From positions 248,001-312,000 of IMG/VR virus record IMGVR_UViG_3300028394_002328: a DNA stretch of 64,000 nucleotides; one strand, written 5' to 3'. Below the pieces are notes generated by a model. That model did not search any database, was not told the origin of the DNA, and worked only from the letters and a program-made list of their open reading frames with translations. A program made the translations under genes and the position numbers. Below are positions 10,123 to 20,800 of the stretch, piece after piece. Numbering within the stretch: the stretch's first letter is position 1; each line of letters begins with the position of its first letter.

Positions 10123-10677
10123 ATGCGAGATATTATTACATTACTTGAGGAAAAAACTAAACCTCAAGACATAGAAATTATTCCGTTGAATTTTACAGAC
10201 AGCGAGGTTAGTCCTGTGCTGTCTAAAGCCACTATAGACCTTCATTATGGTAAGTTAGCGCAAGGTTACGCTGAACGCTATAACAAAAAAGAAGGTGATA
10301 GAGATTTCAACTATGCAGGTGCTTTCCTGCATAATACATTGTTCCCACAATTCCGTGAAGTAAGAAACAATAACAACCCCAACGGCCCTATGCTAGGATT
10401 CGTCAATAAACATTTTGGCGACTATGATAATATGAAATCTGAGTTTGAAACTGAAGCCATGAAGATACAGGGTTCAGGTTGGATATATCTATCTACTGAT
10501 GGAAAGATTAAAACGATTGCGAATCATCAGGTACGCAACGATATATTATTGTTAATTGACTGGTGGGAACATGCTTGGATTTTAGATTACGGCAGTGATA
10601 AGAAAAAATACTTAAAAGAACAATGGAAGATTATCAACTGGAATGTGATTAACACAAGATGGGGGAAATCATTATGA
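10123..10677 (+). CDS. sod: Fe/Mn superoxide dismutase (divergent)
   Basis: [24 protein letters not shown]; metal ligands H, H, D, H appear retained. Confidence 0.85.
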   Translation: MRDIITLLEEKTKPQDIEIIPLNFTDSEVSPVLSKATIDLHYGKLAQGYAERYNKKEGDRDFNYAGAFLHNTLFPQFREVRNNNNPNGPMLGFVNKHFGDYDNMKSEFETEAMKIQGSGWIYLSTDGKIKTIANHQVRNDILLLIDWWEHAWILDYGSDKKKYLKEQWKIINWNVINTRWGKSL

Positions 10678-10997
10678 TTACAATTACAGAAAACGCAACA
10701 ACAAAAATTAACGAATTAATATTAGAAGAATCTGATCCAACAATCAAATTACGCATGTATGTACAAGGTGGTGGATGCAGTGGATTTAGTTATGGATTTA
10801 CATTTGATTCAGAGCAAAACGAAGATGACTTTACCTTTGAAGTAGGTAAAACCAATCTACTAGTTGACAGTATGAGTTTACAATACTTAGAAGGTGCAGT
10901 AGTAGATTACAAAGAAGATTTACAAGGATCACGATTTTCTATAACGAATCCTCAAGCTACAACTACTTGCGGATGCGGGAGTTCTTTTAGTGTATGA
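10674..10997 (+). CDS. erpA: iron-sulfur cluster insertion protein ErpA/IscA
   Basis: [34 protein letters not shown]. Confidence 0.92.
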   Translation: MITITENATTKINELILEESDPTIKLRMYVQGGGCSGFSYGFTFDSEQNEDDFTFEVGKTNLLVDSMSLQYLEGAVVDYKEDLQGSRFSITNPQATTTCGCGSSFSV

Positions 10998-11021
10998 TAA
11001 ATAGTACTATAAGGATTATAT

Positions 11022-12137
11022 ATGGCGATTTCGGGGATACAGGTAATCAATATTGGGCTACAAAACGAATCTGCAAATAGCGATTCGTTATATACCGCCT
11101 TTAATAAAACAAAAACTAACTTTGCTACATTATTTGGGAACGCTAGCCCATATAATACCTATACCGGCAATTTAGGAATTACCATAGATTCAAACTCTAC
11201 TACTGGTGTAGTAGATGTATTAAACACCGGCGTTCTGTCATTAACCGCAGGTAATGGAATAGTATTAAGTGGTAGTAATGGTAATGTCACTATAGAATCA
11301 ACTGGGGGAGGAAACGGTGGCGCAGGAACTGTTACTAGTGTTAGTGTAGTTGGTGCAGCATCTAATGCTAGAATTACTACTAGTGGTGGCCCTATTATTA
11401 GTAGTGGTACAATAACTCTAGACTTAGCAACCACCGGCGTAATTTCAGGTAGTTATACATATCCAACCGTAACAGTAGATACATACGGAAGAATAACAAG
11501 CATAGCCAATGCTTCATCAGTTGGCACAGTCACTAGTGTAGGACTTAGTCCAGGTTTTGGCATTCAAGTAACAGGAAGTCCTGTTACTACCAGTGGCACA
11601 ATGACTATTACTAATACTGGAGTTACTAGACTTAGCGCTGGTACAGGAATTAGTTTAAGTGGTAGCAATGGCAATGTAACAGTTTCTACTACAGTGGGCG
11701 CTGGCACAGTGACCAGTGTTGGAGTGTCCAGTTCTTCATTAACAGTATCAGGTAGTCCTGTTGTAGCCGCAGGTACAATTACAGTTGATTTACCATCTAC
11801 TGTTACAATGTCTAATGTAATTATAACAGGTCAATTCTTAGCAAATGGAAGTGAAGATTTAGCAAATGGCGCTGCTGCAAATCTATCCATAACCGCTAGT
11901 TATTTTAGTACCGCTGCTGCTGAAACAGCGACCGTAGCGGCCGGTACTGCAGGGCAAATAAAGACATTTATGATGGTTGCTGATACCGGCGACATGGTTA
12001 TCACTGTAACCAATGCAGGATGGAAATCTTCGGGTACAGGCACAATGACATTTGGAGATATAGGAGATGGGTGTACGCTACAATACATAAACAGTAAATG
12101 GTTCTGTATAGGTAACAACGGCGTAGTATTCGCATAA
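11022..12137 (+). CDS. tail-fibre-like virion protein with GTVTSV repeats
   Basis: Gly/Thr/Ser-rich repeats; TAAATA motif upstream near 10998. Confidence 0.75.
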   Translation: MAISGIQVINIGLQNESANSDSLYTAFNKTKTNFATLFGNASPYNTYTGNLGITIDSNSTTGVVDVLNTGVLSLTAGNGIVLSGSNGNVTIESTGGGNGGAGTVTSVSVVGAASNARITTSGGPIISSGTITLDLATTGVISGSYTYPTVTVDTYGRITSIANASSVGTVTSVGLSPGFGIQVTGSPVTTSGTMTITNTGVTRLSAGTGISLSGSNGNVTVSTTVGAGTVTSVGVSSSSLTVSGSPVVAAGTITVDLPSTVTMSNVIITGQFLANGSEDLANGAAANLSITASYFSTAAAETATVAAGTAGQIKTFMMVADTGDMVITVTNAGWKSSGTGTMTFGDIGDGCTLQYINSKWFCIGNNGVVFA

Positions 12138-12150
12138 CACGGAAAATAAC

Positions 12151-13461
12151 ATGACAACAATAACGATACCACAATTACCAACGATATCAAATGCTAATAT
12201 ATCAGCATCAAGTATTTTACCTATAGTTGACACTACTGGCGTACCTCAAACAGATAAAGTAACAGTAGGCAATCTTGCTAACTTTGTATTAACTCAAGCA
12301 GGCAATCTATTAGAGAATGCATTACTGTCAACTTATGCTGAGTCTGTTACAAATGCTGCTCAACCAAATATTACTAGTGTAGGTACATTAACAGGAGTAA
12401 CTAGTACAGGGACCGTTAATTTTACCAGTGCTAGCAATGTCTCATTGGGTCCTGTAGGTAATGTAAAGATTAGCGGTGGAATTAGTGGACAGATATTAAG
12501 AACAGACGGTGCAGGAAATTTAAGTTGGGTTTCTGGTGGAGGCGTAACTGGTACTATTACATTCGCTAATGCTAATATATCAACTAGTTCTCTTAATACA
12601 AATATTATTATCACAGGCAACGGCACTGGTGAGATTAATCTTAGTTCAAACAGCCATGTATGGAATTTTGGAAACGATGGTAATTTATTAACTCCTGGCA
12701 ATTTGATAGGTCCAGCAAATGCTAATTTTAATATATTTTCAAACGCAGGTGTTCATAGTTTCACTTTCGGCGATGATGGTACATTTTATGCCCCAGACAA
12801 TGTAGTATTAGGTGGAACAAGTATTGCAATTGGTCCAGGTGCTGATGCATTAGTTGAAGAATTAACTAATGCTGTACTAGTAGCAAGTAGTGACCTTGAC
12901 GCATATATTCAAGCAGTTATTAATAATGTATCAGATAATGGTAGTGCTGATTGGGTAGCCCTAGGTCATTTAGGCAATAATGAGTATGGTTGGGCAGACA
13001 TGGGCTTTAATAGTTCAGGATTCGGTGATGCTAATTATACTATAACTGGACAAGGTGATGGCTATTTCATAGTACAAACTTATGCTAGTGGACAAGCCCC
13101 GGGTGGACGTGGTGGTAATTTAGTATTAGCGACTGGCGCTCAGGGTACTGTTAAAGATATTATATTTGCTACTGGTGGGTTTTTAACCTCAAATGAATTT
13201 GCTAGAATTAGTCACAGTAATAATGCACTTGAATTTTATGATGGTGGCAATATTTTTGGTGCTAATGTTGTTGAAGCAAACACATTTTCAGGCACCGTGG
13301 TTGCGTTCTCTTCACTTCCTGCTGCAACAACAGCCGGGTTAAGAGCATTTATCAATGATGCTAATTTAGTGGCTGCAGGTAATTTTGGATCAACAGTGGG
13401 TAATACAGGGTCAAATACAGTACCAGTTTACAGTGACGGGACAAATTGGCGTATAGGATAA
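12151..13461 (+). CDS. tail-fibre-like virion protein
   Basis: AQPNITSVGTL, GQILRTDGAGNLSW, C-terminal PVYSDGTNWRIG. Confidence 0.8.
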   Translation: MTTITIPQLPTISNANISASSILPIVDTTGVPQTDKVTVGNLANFVLTQAGNLLENALLSTYAESVTNAAQPNITSVGTLTGVTSTGTVNFTSASNVSLGPVGNVKISGGISGQILRTDGAGNLSWVSGGGVTGTITFANANISTSSLNTNIIITGNGTGEINLSSNSHVWNFGNDGNLLTPGNLIGPANANFNIFSNAGVHSFTFGDDGTFYAPDNVVLGGTSIAIGPGADALVEELTNAVLVASSDLDAYIQAVINNVSDNGSADWVALGHLGNNEYGWADMGFNSSGFGDANYTITGQGDGYFIVQTYASGQAPGGRGGNLVLATGAQGTVKDIIFATGGFLTSNEFARISHSNNALEFYDGGNIFGANVVEANTFSGTVVAFSSLPAATTAGLRAFINDANLVAAGNFGSTVGNTGSNTVPVYSDGTNWRIG

Positions 13462-13480
13462 CTTAAAAATTAACTCCAAT

Positions 13481-13504
13481 AAAAAAGCCCGCAAGGGCTT
13501 TTTT
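13481..13504 (+). terminator. intrinsic terminator
   Basis: AAAAAAGCCC-GCAA-GGGCTTTTTT. Confidence 0.85.
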
Positions 13505-13545
13505 ACATTTTACCACTAAATAGTAATATCCGGAGACAACAAATA

Positions 13546-16500
13546 ATGACAATAAAAAGAACGCCATCCGTTATTGGACCAACAGACCCTGATGTAGCTA
13601 GAAAACTACAAGCCAATTTAAAACAAGCGGCCGTCATAGCAAATGGAAGACCCACTGTATCTCAGTCTGAACTTATATTACCATCAACGACTATAAGAAC
13701 GAGTCCAACCTCAATAACACTTAATACTAGCGCCAATAATCAGCCTAGTGACACTGTAACCGTTTATCCTTCTTCCGGTAATGTATATGTTAGCAGTATA
13801 GATCAAACTATACAACAAAATATAGTAAACCAAACAGGTGTCTATTCAATTATTGCAGGAAATGGAGTATCAATAACTAGTACAGGGGTCAGCGGTACAG
13901 GGAATGTCACTATAAATTCATTGACTAGTGGTAACACAGGCAATATCACATTTAGTGGTACTACTATGACAGGACCTGCAGGCTCTAGTGACAGTTACAG
14001 CATATATATTCAACCATCTGCTGATTTTACTAATGCTTTACAGATTTATCCAACAGCAGACAATGATATTCATTTGTTTGAAGCATCGGGTAATGCTATC
14101 ACATTAGGAAATTATGGTGATAGTCAAATATCAGTTTGGGGACCAAATTCACCTAATGCTAACATTACTCTACAGTCTAATGGCAATACATGGAATTTTG
14201 GAGAAGATGGTACCTTAACATTACCTGCTAATGCATTTAGTGTTAACTATGCCAACGGTACACAAGTACCATTAGGTACTCCGGCTGGAAGTTCTGGTGC
14301 AGCACAGTTCAACTGGCAAGGAAATTTCTCTAATCAAGGCGGCACACCCGGAGATACCTATAGTACACTACAGTTTGACAGCAATGGTATGCCAACATTG
14401 AATGGAACCAATGCATATCAACAAAGAGTTGACAATTCACCTTATATGCAAATACTTGCGCCTAGAGTAGAGAGCACCGATTTTGGAATTGTTGCTGGAC
14501 CTGGACTAACAGTAGTCGGATACGATGACACCTACAATACACCACGCAGTGCTTACTTGTCAGTGCAAGATCAATCCAATGCTACCCAACAATGGGATTT
14601 TGGTATTTTTGGAAACGGTGATAATAATTTTGTTGTCAGTGACAGAACTAACAGCAATCAATGGGCATTTGGCACAGATGGTAACTTAACAGTACCGGCC
14701 GGTATACTAGGTGCAGGCAATTTAAAACTTTCTCCGGATTCTACTAACGCTAATGCTTATTTGGATATCTATTTAACCGGAGGTCCAGACATTCATATTG
14801 CCGGCAACGGTGAATCTATTATTCTAGGAACTGATGCCTATGCTAATGTCATGGTCAATGTTAATGGTAATGTGTATATACAAGCAGGTAATGCCGGTGG
14901 CACAAAGACTTGGAACTTTGACACAAGTGGCAACTTGGCATTACCAAATGGTGGTATCATCTATGAAACTAACATTCCAGGTGGAGTATTAACTGGCAAT
15001 ACTATTGTTCTAAAACCACAGGGCGGCATTAATTCTGACCAACAGTTGCTTGTTTATCCAACAGCAATTGGTTCTGACTTTAATCACTTACATTTGACTT
15101 CAGGTAATTTATACAATACTGAACTATTCTTAGGTAGTGATGACTTATATGTAAAATTGGCTAACACTGGAAACGTTATTATCAATAGTAATGATGGTAC
15201 CGGAAACAGTGGGCAATGGAACTTTGATTACACAGGTAACTTAACACTACCTGCGAATGCGTTTGCTATCAATTACGCTAACGGTTCTCAGGTAGCGTTG
15301 TCATCTATTGCTAACGGTAATAGTAATGTCAATATCCCTGCAGCAAACGGCAATGTTAATATCTCTGCTGTCGGTAATACTACTATGGTTGTTACTGGAA
15401 CTGGTGCTAACATCACCGGTAATCTTACTGTAAGCGGAAACATACTGAGTAATTATACATTCTCTCAAAGTGGTAATACCAGTGCGTATGCAACCAAAAG
15501 AATTTTACAGTATGTTCCGGGCACAGGCGCTGTCACATACAGCAACGATATAGATGCATCAAGCATATACATTACAGGATATGCAATAGAAATTCATGTT
15601 AGCCCGAGTGCCCTTAATGATACTGGTAACGGTACTATTGGCACCCCAGTTAAAACTATTGCTAGAGCTAAAGCATTATTGGCGGAAGCCTTTGAAACAT
15701 CATCGGCGGGACAAAGAAAAACAATTGTATTGCATCCTGGTGATTATGTAGAAAACGTAACCATTGATACTCAATACACTGTTTTAACCACACATGAGTT
15801 AGTGGGTAAAAATACAACGCTTAGTGGTACATTGACTGTTACAACAGGATGTACTATTGATGGGCTGAAGATGAACAATCTTGTTATCTCGGCAACTTCC
15901 GCAACCGGGTCAGTTGATTTAATTGGTTGTACAGTGACAGGTGCAGTAACTAAAACATCTTCAGCATATACAAATTTTAGAGGATGTGATTTATCTTCTG
16001 CTACATTAAACATTACTGGTACAGGAACAACAGTTTTAGTTGGTGGTAATTATTTTACGCTTACTGTAAACAATGCCGCAGCCGGCGTTTTGGCCAAAGC
16101 AGTTGTTTCAATGGGCCCGGTAACTTTGACGGCAGGAACACTACAACTTTCTGACACGCTGGTCTATGCTGCTGCTAATACTGCTAATGCCATAACGCAA
16201 AGTGCTGGTTCAGTGTTAACATTAAACAATACCCAAACATTGATACCTGATCTCACAAACGTAGCAAGAAATAGTTTTGGTGGATTCTATTCTATTATAA
16301 ACGCTATTTATGATAAAGTAAATTCTACATTTGGTGGTACATCATTAAACTCAATCGTATACAGTCAGTATATCAATTCTGATACCTTAACGACTACTGG
16401 TAATGCTAACGTTGGTAATTTGGGCACAACAACTGCAATCATTACAACTGGTAATATTACAACTATTAACAGTGGTTTATTACAGAATGGTAATTCAAAT

Positions 16501-17406
16501 ATCACTATTACTAGTAACGGTAACATCTCGTTGTCGGCAGTAGGATCTCCTGATGAAGTTATAATTACTGCAACCGGCGTAAATGTAGCAGGTACATTAA
16601 ATGCTAATGGTAATGCTAACGTTGGCAACTTAGGTACAGCACAAGTTCTTGCTACTGCCAATATCACCGCGCCTCAACTAATCTCAAATATTGCAACTAG
16701 CACTGCTCCGTTGGTAGTAACAAGTACAACTCGTGTTGCAAACTTGAATGTTGATTATGCTAATGTTGCTGATTTTATCACTGTAGCTGCCGGTACAGGA
16801 AATAACTTCCTTATCTTTGCAAATGCGGCAACAGGAAACATATCGGAACTAACAAGCACAGGCCTCACTGCTAACCTTTCAGCTAACTCTATTACAGCAA
16901 CTACATTTATCGGTGCATTAGCAAATGGTAATAGTAATGTCAATATTGCAACAGCAAATGGCAATGTTACTATAGCAGCAGTTGGCAATACAACTATGAC
17001 AGTCACTGGTACTGGTGCTAACATCACTGGCACATTGAATGTTACCGGTAATATCACAGGTAATACAGCCGGCTTTGCTATCGGTTACTTGAATATTCCA
17101 CAAGTTGCTGCAAGCAATACTACAATCGCATTAACGGATGCAGGTAAGCACTACTACTCAACATCAGCTGGTAACTTCACATTAACTGTTCCAAATAACA
17201 CAACTACATCATTCGCAACAGGTACAGCAATCAGTATTGTTGTTCAATCTGCTGGCAATGTCTTAGTCAATGCCGCAAGTGGTGTAACATTGTATATGGC
17301 AGGTAACTCAACAGCGGCAAATCGTGTTGTAAGTAATTATGGTATGGCAACACTAATGAAGGTTGCAACTGATACTTGGATGATTAACGGTACTGGGGTA
17401 GCATAA
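13546..17406 (+). CDS. large tail-fibre/adhesin-like protein with internal repeats
   Basis: 1286 aa, Asn/Gly/Thr rich; WxFxxxGxLxxP repeats; beta-helix-like segment after PVKTIARA. Confidence 0.8.
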   Translation: MTIKRTPSVIGPTDPDVARKLQANLKQAAVIANGRPTVSQSELILPSTTIRTSPTSITLNTSANNQPSDTVTVYPSSGNVYVSSIDQTIQQNIVNQTGVYSIIAGNGVSITSTGVSGTGNVTINSLTSGNTGNITFSGTTMTGPAGSSDSYSIYIQPSADFTNALQIYPTADNDIHLFEASGNAITLGNYGDSQISVWGPNSPNANITLQSNGNTWNFGEDGTLTLPANAFSVNYANGTQVPLGTPAGSSGAAQFNWQGNFSNQGGTPGDTYSTLQFDSNGMPTLNGTNAYQQRVDNSPYMQILAPRVESTDFGIVAGPGLTVVGYDDTYNTPRSAYLSVQDQSNATQQWDFGIFGNGDNNFVVSDRTNSNQWAFGTDGNLTVPAGILGAGNLKLSPDSTNANAYLDIYLTGGPDIHIAGNGESIILGTDAYANVMVNVNGNVYIQAGNAGGTKTWNFDTSGNLALPNGGIIYETNIPGGVLTGNTIVLKPQGGINSDQQLLVYPTAIGSDFNHLHLTSGNLYNTELFLGSDDLYVKLANTGNVIINSNDGTGNSGQWNFDYTGNLTLPANAFAINYANGSQVALSSIANGNSNVNIPAANGNVNISAVGNTTMVVTGTGANITGNLTVSGNILSNYTFSQSGNTSAYATKRILQYVPGTGAVTYSNDIDASSIYITGYAIEIHVSPSALNDTGNGTIGTPVKTIARAKALLAEAFETSSAGQRKTIVLHPGDYVENVTIDTQYTVLTTHELVGKNTTLSGTLTVTTGCTIDGLKMNNLVISATSATGSVDLIGCTVTGAVTKTSSAYTNFRGCDLSSATLNITGTGTTVLVGGNYFTLTVNNAAAGVLAKAVVSMGPVTLTAGTLQLSDTLVYAAANTANAITQSAGSVLTLNNTQTLIPDLTNVARNSFGGFYSIINAIYDKVNSTFGGTSLNSIVYSQYINSDTLTTTGNANVGNLGTTTAIITTGNITTINSGLLQNGNSNITITSNGNISLSAVGSPDEVIITATGVNVAGTLNANGNANVGNLGTAQVLATANITAPQLISNIATSTAPLVVTSTTRVANLNVDYANVADFITVAAGTGNNFLIFANAATGNISELTSTGLTANLSANSITATTFIGALANGNSNVNIATANGNVTIAAVGNTTMTVTGTGANITGTLNVTGNITGNTAGFAIGYLNIPQVAASNTTIALTDAGKHYYSTSAGNFTLTVPNNTTTSFATGTAISIVVQSAGNVLVNAASGVTLYMAGNSTAANRVVSNYGMATLMKVATDTWMINGTGVA
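15309..17030 (+). repeat. internal repeat ANGNSNVNIxxANGNVxIxAVGNTTMxVTGTGANITG
   Basis: Near-identical copies at about 15309-15420 and 16921-17030. Confidence 0.7.
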
Positions 17407-18104
17407 TGAGTGGAATTATGCAAGCCACTATCGGTAGTTGGAAGTCTCTTTCTACTCCGCCGGTATTAGTCTATGATTTAGATGCGGCAGACTATTCGGC
17501 TGTTCCTGTAAATGGTTCTACGGTGGCTGGCACAGGTGCATATACTATTACTGTTGCTAATGCCGGTTCAAGTATTTCTTGGCAAGCCGACAGCGGTGGA
17601 TTATTTAGAAAAAGCACCTCGCTAGGAACAGATTTCATGTACGGCGGACCCAACTGGGTCACAGGACAAAGTTACTCAGTATTCATGGTTTACAGACGCA
17701 TAGCCACATCATCCGGACGACTGCTGAACACACAAAGTGAAGCCAGTAAAGACTGGTTGTTAGGGTTGTACAACGGTAATCCCAACGCATTCTATCCCAA
17801 TTTCTCAGTGAACTTGCCTTCATCAGGTGCTGATCTAGTATGGCGTTTCAATTGGGCTACATGGAATACCACAACAAGTTTGGGACAACTATACACTGCA
17901 ACAAGTACTCAACCAACTGGTACATCATTCACCGGAACAAATGCCGGTGGTGGCGGTTTTAATCAATTACGAATGTTCAGCAGATCTGCAGGTTCGGAAG
18001 TGCAATCTGCTGATATAGGATTAGTCAAAGCGTACAACGGAGTGTTGACTTTAGCTGATATACAATCTCAATACGCTACATACAAATCAAGATTTGGGTA
18101 CTAA
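17406..18104 (+). CDS. LamG/ConA-like virion accessory protein
   Basis: LVYDLDAA...YNGVLTLADIQSQY..KSRFG pattern. Confidence 0.65.
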   Translation: MSGIMQATIGSWKSLSTPPVLVYDLDAADYSAVPVNGSTVAGTGAYTITVANAGSSISWQADSGGLFRKSTSLGTDFMYGGPNWVTGQSYSVFMVYRRIATSSGRLLNTQSEASKDWLLGLYNGNPNAFYPNFSVNLPSSGADLVWRFNWATWNTTTSLGQLYTATSTQPTGTSFTGTNAGGGGFNQLRMFSRSAGSEVQSADIGLVKAYNGVLTLADIQSQYATYKSRFGY

Positions 18105-18105
18105 T

Positions 18106-18957
18106 ATGATTAAACAAGATCCTCGCACAATCATAGACAGCAACACAGACCATACCTTTAGTAAACCAATTCATAGTGTTTCTTCTATTAAATTAGGTCC
18201 TAGGACACTTGCTGGTAAATACAACCTGCAATGGGCTCGTGATACGATTGATACAAGAGACTATGTTTACAATGCGTCCAATGTAAGAGTTTCATCTACG
18301 GTAGATTTAAGGCGGTATTGTAGCCCAATAGAAGATCAGGGCAATTTAGGCAGTTGTACAGGAAATGCTGTAGCAGGTGCGATTGAATTTCTTAACAAGA
18401 AAAATAATAACATGCTTGATGTAAGCAGGTTGTTTATTTACTACTATGTACGATTGATAGAAGGAACTGTTAATTATGATAGTGGTGCTTACATAAGAGA
18501 TGCCATCAAAGCATGTTATAAATATGGTGCATCACTAGAAAGATTATGGCCATACAACATAATTAAGTTTAGGACAAAGCCATCGACTGCCGCAATCAAC
18601 GATGGGCTAAGAAGAAAAATATCTAGATACGAACGCATTACCGATCAGTACACTGGATCAATTAATGCACTATCTAATCAATATCCTATAATAATGGGAT
18701 TTGATGTATACAGCAGTTTTATCAGTACAGGTAGAACAGGAGTTATGCCTTACCCTAATACACGAACTGAAAGGTTGTTAGGTGGTCATGCTGTACTGTT
18801 AGTAGGGTATGATATGAATAGAGAGGCATTTATCGCTAGAAACAGTTGGGGCACTTCTTGGGGATTGAAGGGTTATTTTTATATGCCATTCCAAGTGGTT
18901 CAGGACACTACCATGAGCGATGACTTTTGGATAATAAAAACGGTTAACAACCCATAA
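18106..18957 (+). CDS. papain-like cysteine protease (C1A)
   Basis: DQGNLGSCTG, GGHAVLLVGY, RNSWG. Confidence 0.92.
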   Translation: MIKQDPRTIIDSNTDHTFSKPIHSVSSIKLGPRTLAGKYNLQWARDTIDTRDYVYNASNVRVSSTVDLRRYCSPIEDQGNLGSCTGNAVAGAIEFLNKKNNNMLDVSRLFIYYYVRLIEGTVNYDSGAYIRDAIKACYKYGASLERLWPYNIIKFRTKPSTAAINDGLRRKISRYERITDQYTGSINALSNQYPIIMGFDVYSSFISTGRTGVMPYPNTRTERLLGGHAVLLVGYDMNREAFIARNSWGTSWGLKGYFYMPFQVVQDTTMSDDFWIIKTVNNP

Positions 18958-18981
18958 AAAAAGCCCCTTATGGGGCTTTTT
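18957..18981. terminator. bidirectional intrinsic terminator
   Basis: A-tract-GCCCC-TTAT-GGGGC-T-tract between convergent genes. Confidence 0.85.
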
Positions 18982-18995
18982 GTTTTGTGAACAAG

Positions 18996-19379
18996 TTATG
19001 CGTCGGGTGAATTTACCTCCTCCAAAATTTGTTCAGGGGTTACGGTTGCTTTTTTAGCACGGGCTTTGATTGCTGCCAAACTAGGTTTAGCCTTTTCAGC
19101 CTTAACCTTTACTTCACCTTTCTTAGATTCCTTGCTCTTATCAGCAAGACAATCGGCGATAGTAGCCTGATCACTAGGGCTTTGAAACTCGGCATGCTGA
19201 GCCAAATAGTTCAGTGCCTCAATTTTAGTCATCTCACTGGGCAATTCAACGAAGTCACACCGACTTGCTCCGCCCTTAGTGAATTGTTTGATGCGACGAA
19301 CCATGTCATCCGTGAAACGGACCTTGATTGAATCGCCATGAACAGTAATACCCGCAACCTTAAAAGTCTGATTAGACAT
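18996..19379 (-). CDS. conserved hypothetical phage protein
   Basis: ORF with AAGGA SD. Confidence 0.75.
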   Translation of the reverse strand: MSNQTFKVAGITVHGDSIKVRFTDDMVRRIKQFTKGGASRCDFVELPSEMTKIEALNYLAQHAEFQSPSDQATIADCLADKSKESKKGEVKVKAEKAKPSLAAIKARAKKATVTPEQILEEVNSPDA

Positions 19380-19412
19380 TGTGATTCCTTTAAATAAAGT
19401 AGGATTTAAAAA

Positions 19413-19559
19413 TTAACACGGAGCAGCAGATTCGGAAATCAACTGATTACCATACATTGCCCGCAACATTTGATATGCGTTATAAGGATTATCTGCTTGA
19501 ACGGTAACACGCATAAAACCACCGACAACAGTACGAACAAAAGCCCAGTAAGTATACAT
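19413..19559 (-). CDS. small hypothetical protein
   Basis: Start moved to ATG 19559 with GGAG SD. Confidence 0.6.
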   Translation of the reverse strand: MYTYWAFVRTVVGGFMRVTVQADNPYNAYQMLRAMYGNQLISESAAPC

Positions 19560-19647
19560 ATCAGTTACTCCAAAGTAGAAAAACAAACAAAAAAACACTA
19601 GTCAAAATTAATGTTTCGATTGGGTAAAACATCAACATCAGAAGTCT

Positions 19648-19676
19648 AGTATACACCCAATCCGATATTTTGTCAA
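19648..19676 (-). promoter_or_regulatory. sigma70-type promoter
   Basis: TTGACA-17-TATACT. Confidence 0.8.
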
Positions 19677-19682
19677 GCATAA

Positions 19683-19835
19683 TCATTCCTCGTACCTGTT
19701 GTACTTTGGCTTACGCTTGTAGGAATCCTTACGCTTCACAGCCTTGGGCTTGAAGGGGGAATCCTCAGAGAAGAGGACAAAGTGTGCCCGAGTTTTGGCT
19801 CGGGGAACTTTGAACGAGATAGTTTCTTTACGCAT
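19683..19835 (-). CDS. small basic protein, ArfA-like
   Basis: LFSEDSPFKPKAVKRKDSYKRKPKY resembles ArfA LFRQRVEKNKKGKGSYxRKxKH. Confidence 0.5.
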   Translation of the reverse strand: MRKETISFKVPRAKTRAHFVLFSEDSPFKPKAVKRKDSYKRKPKYNRYEE

Positions 19836-19869
19836 GATCTGTGTTGCTAGTTGCTGACTCAATATAATA

Positions 19870-19898
19870 ATTATATCACCACGGGTATTTATTGTCAA
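19870..19898 (-). promoter_or_regulatory. sigma70-type early promoter
   Basis: TTGACAATAAAT...TATAAT, 17 nt spacer. Confidence 0.9.
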
Positions 19899-20200
19899 CT
19901 TTTGGGAACGGAGAAAGTGACTTTTTTCACGGATTTGATGGTAAAACTACGCCACGCTTGGGCTTCCAAATCATAGACGGCTAGGGTGTTTTCTGACTTT
20001 TTCCGTTCAGTTTTGCCCTCAGTCACAGGAGAAGGGGGAAGAATCTCAGGATCAAGAGTACATTTCATCACCCGTTCGGATCCGTCTTTTTTGGTAAAGG
20101 TTACGGTTACTTCATTGGAGTGCAATGCTCCCTTTAGCCAAGTGGTAAAGGTTGTCCAATCATTTTCAGCCCAATCTTCAGTTGGATTATACGGATTCAA
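19895..20200 (-). CDS. SH3-like beta-barrel protein (DUF2693/WYL-like)
   Basis: VTFTKKDGSERVMKCTL...VYDLEAQAWRSF. Confidence 0.75.
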   Translation of the reverse strand: MNPYNPTEDWAENDWTTFTTWLKGALHSNEVTVTFTKKDGSERVMKCTLDPEILPPSPVTEGKTERKKSENTLAVYDLEAQAWRSFTIKSVKKVTFSVPKS

Positions 20201-20504
20201 GGTGTTCCTCTTTCATAGTAAAAAATTGTCCAATTTTATGTTCTTCGGACCAACTCCTAGCATAGTCATTATCCTGATTGCATAATACTAATGCTTCTTC
20301 TTTGGTAATGACTCGGCTACTAACAATGTTCTCGCCAATATGGTGTTGGCTGAATTCTTTTGCCGCTTCCATAGATACAGTATCTAATGCCCATTCTTTT
20401 TTGTCATGTCCATAGTTATCGATTCCAACAGGAACTTCAACTAAGTACCGCATACGGAACATTGATACACATTCAACTAATACTAACTGCGTTTCTTCTG
20501 ACAT
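20187..20504 (-). CDS. hypothetical protein
   Basis: ORF with SD. Confidence 0.7.
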   Translation of the reverse strand: MSEETQLVLVECVSMFRMRYLVEVPVGIDNYGHDKKEWALDTVSMEAAKEFSQHHIGENIVSSRVITKEEALVLCNQDNDYARSWSEEHKIGQFFTMKEEHLESV

Positions 20505-20512
20505 ATTATTCC

Positions 20513-20800
20513 TTACAAAAATATTCTAATTAAACCAACAGAATCAATGGAGACAAGCAAGAGGTAGTTAGCGAGCATACCAAATGAGCGACGAGAATAA
20601 GCACACCAGGCATAGATAGAACAACCAGTAATCCAAGCAGGGTAAAGAGCCATAAGTGGAGGGTTTGGTACTGTTCCAGCCATCGCAATAGCGCACCCAA
20701 TACTAAGAGCCCAAGCAACCAACTCCATAATAAAGCGTATACGATCTGATCGGTAATCATCTATAATCCAGTGTACTGAATTATTTATAGCCTCGTTCAT
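20513..20800 (-). CDS. small multi-pass membrane protein
   Basis: Three hydrophobic segments. Confidence 0.7.
   Translation of the reverse strand: MNEAINNSVHWIIDDYRSDRIRFIMELVAWALSIGCAIAMAGTVPNPPLMALYPAWITGCSIYAWCAYSRRSFGMLANYLLLVSIDSVGLIRIFL

Noticed and set aside
13546-17406. Diversity-generating retroelement target
   Set aside because: No reverse transcriptase in the window and no adenine-specific TR/VR pair. The repeats are ordinary coding repeats.
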